A stretch of DNA of 64,000 bases, taken from positions 4,128,001 through 4,192,000 of the forward strand of contig CBDCJO010000002.1 of the NCBI GenBank assembly GCA_965217865.1. The letters run 5' to 3'. Made by a program: the position numbers and the translations under genes. Positions 62,724-64,000 of the stretch are shown here, piece after piece; position 1 is the first letter of the stretch, and the number at the start of each line of letters is the position of its first letter. This DNA is from Candidatus Latescibacterota bacterium (GTDB taxonomy: Bacteria; Latescibacterota; UBA2968; SICM01). The notes beneath the pieces were generated by a model. The model worked only from the letters and a program-made list of their open reading frames with translations. It was not told the origin of the DNA and did not search any database.

Positions 62724-62815
62724 AGAGGTTCAATTATTCGCTATCTGTCTCATAACAAACACAGAACATTCCCCAAGCTTTGCTTCCTGCCACCCGGTGG
62801 TTGCGATTCGACTAC

Positions 62816-62908
62816 AGAAAACATGCCGGTCTTCAGTTGCGCTATGTGACGCCTCCCTTCACACAAATCGCCTTGACGGCGAGTTCGCACACCGGCCAGA
62901 CGTTATGG
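62816..62908 (+). repeat. attC-like site
   Basis: AAC-ATGCCGGT..TGCG..CCTTCACACAAATCGCC-ttga-CGGCGAGTTCGCAC-ACCGGC..CGTTATGG. Confidence 0.6.
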
Positions 62909-62949
62909 GAAATGACAAAGCTACTCCCGATTGGGAGGAACGGCGCTGA

Positions 62950-63702
62950 ATGGACGAGACATTGGACCCCAAACGCCGCCTGGAGATCGAAGGCGCGTAC
63001 AATGTGAGAGACCTGGGAGGATATTGCACGGGGAACGGGTGTCGCACGCGCTGGCAGCGGTTCCTGCGGGCTGATTCCCTGCACCAGCTGTCTCCCTCCG
63101 CCCAGACCGCCCTCCTTGACTACGGTGTACGCACAGTAATCGACCTGCGGCGAACGAATGAAACCCAGGCAGCACCCAATGTCTTTGCCGGTTCATCGGT
63201 GGTGGAGTACCACCATCTGAATATGATCGGCGACGAGGATCTGGGAATCGAACCCCTGCCGGAGGAAACGGAAAGACCGCTGCTGGTCGCCAACGACTAT
63301 TTCTGGTTTCTCGACAAGTGCCAGGTCCAGGTGGACCGAATCATGGGGACGCTGGCGGACGCGGGGAATCAGGCCGCTCTGTTCCACTGCGCCGGCGGCA
63401 AGGACCGCACGGGCTTGATTTCGGCCCTGCTCCTGGGCCTCGCAGGGGTGCCCAGGGAGACAATCGCCGCCGATTACAGCCTGACCGCTCGCTACATGGT
63501 GGTGCCCTATCTGACATTCCCAGATGCGGATCCGGAGATCCGTATCTGGGAGGACTACCAGCGCGTATACTGCCCGCCGGAGACCATGCTGCTGGTCCTG
63601 GACCATCTGGAGCGTAACTATGGTGGGGTCGAAGGCTATGTGCGGACGGTGGGGCTGTCAAAGGATCAGATCGCCCAATTGCGCGATACGCTGGTGGAAT
63701 AG
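62950..63702 (+). CDS. Protein-tyrosine/lipid phosphatase (Y_phosphatase3 family)
   Basis: NVRDLGGY, IDLR, HCAGGKDRTG, ADYSLT. Confidence 0.9.
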   Translation: MDETLDPKRRLEIEGAYNVRDLGGYCTGNGCRTRWQRFLRADSLHQLSPSAQTALLDYGVRTVIDLRRTNETQAAPNVFAGSSVVEYHHLNMIGDEDLGIEPLPEETERPLLVANDYFWFLDKCQVQVDRIMGTLADAGNQAALFHCAGGKDRTGLISALLLGLAGVPRETIAADYSLTARYMVVPYLTFPDADPEIRIWEDYQRVYCPPETMLLVLDHLERNYGGVEGYVRTVGLSKDQIAQLRDTLVE

Positions 63703-64000
63703 CCCGCATTCAGGAGGGATATGGAGATGAACATACCCCTCCACCCCGGCTGACACTTCCCATAACATCCGATCTCCGCTGCGCCACACGGTGTTGCCGG
63801 AGTTGGTCTGCACATCGAGAAAGGAATCGAAATACTGGAGCAGTACGGTTTTTGCATTTTTAGATTATTTTTTCTTCTTTAAATGAAAGTAGGGTGGATA
63901 AGTCATTAACCTTGGGTCTTCTATTGCTCCACCAACAGTAAAATGATACAGGCTTTGAAAGGTATTATCCATTAAGCCAATTACCTTATGAACTTCATCA

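Overview
GC-rich bacterial chromosomal window. The gene content (propeller sensors, planctomycete-type bc complex) suggests an uncultured FCB/PVC-like lineage such as Latescibacterota; this is inference only. (1) 1-4 kb: a compact minus-strand operon encoding a MamA-like TPR protein, a small orphan, a MamK-like actin that lacks about 65-70 aa of subdomain IIB, and a short ParB-like protein. No other mam genes are in the window. (2) 4-28.7 kb: a respiratory supercluster with MobA, ferredoxin, a HEAT protein, Rieske/cyt b6/subunit IV/octaheme cyt c, an aa3-type oxidase with assembly genes, and a separately promoted nuoLMN. An unrecognised ~30-aa helical tag occurs twice in an orphan membrane protein and once on the Rieske N-terminus. 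(3) 28.7-64 kb: an accessory, decaying region. It has IS3, IS1380 and two IS1182-like copies, plus a sigma54 regulon (desaturase, condensation-type acyltransferase, GH3 ligase, HAD, MMPL) marked by a duplicated ~160-bp enhancer/promoter module. It also has a multiply disrupted propeller-GAF-PP2C sensor, attC-like cassette boundaries with TA modules, and several pseudogenes. No rRNA, tRNA or CRISPR was seen. All family calls are from motif recognition by eye; no database searches were run.
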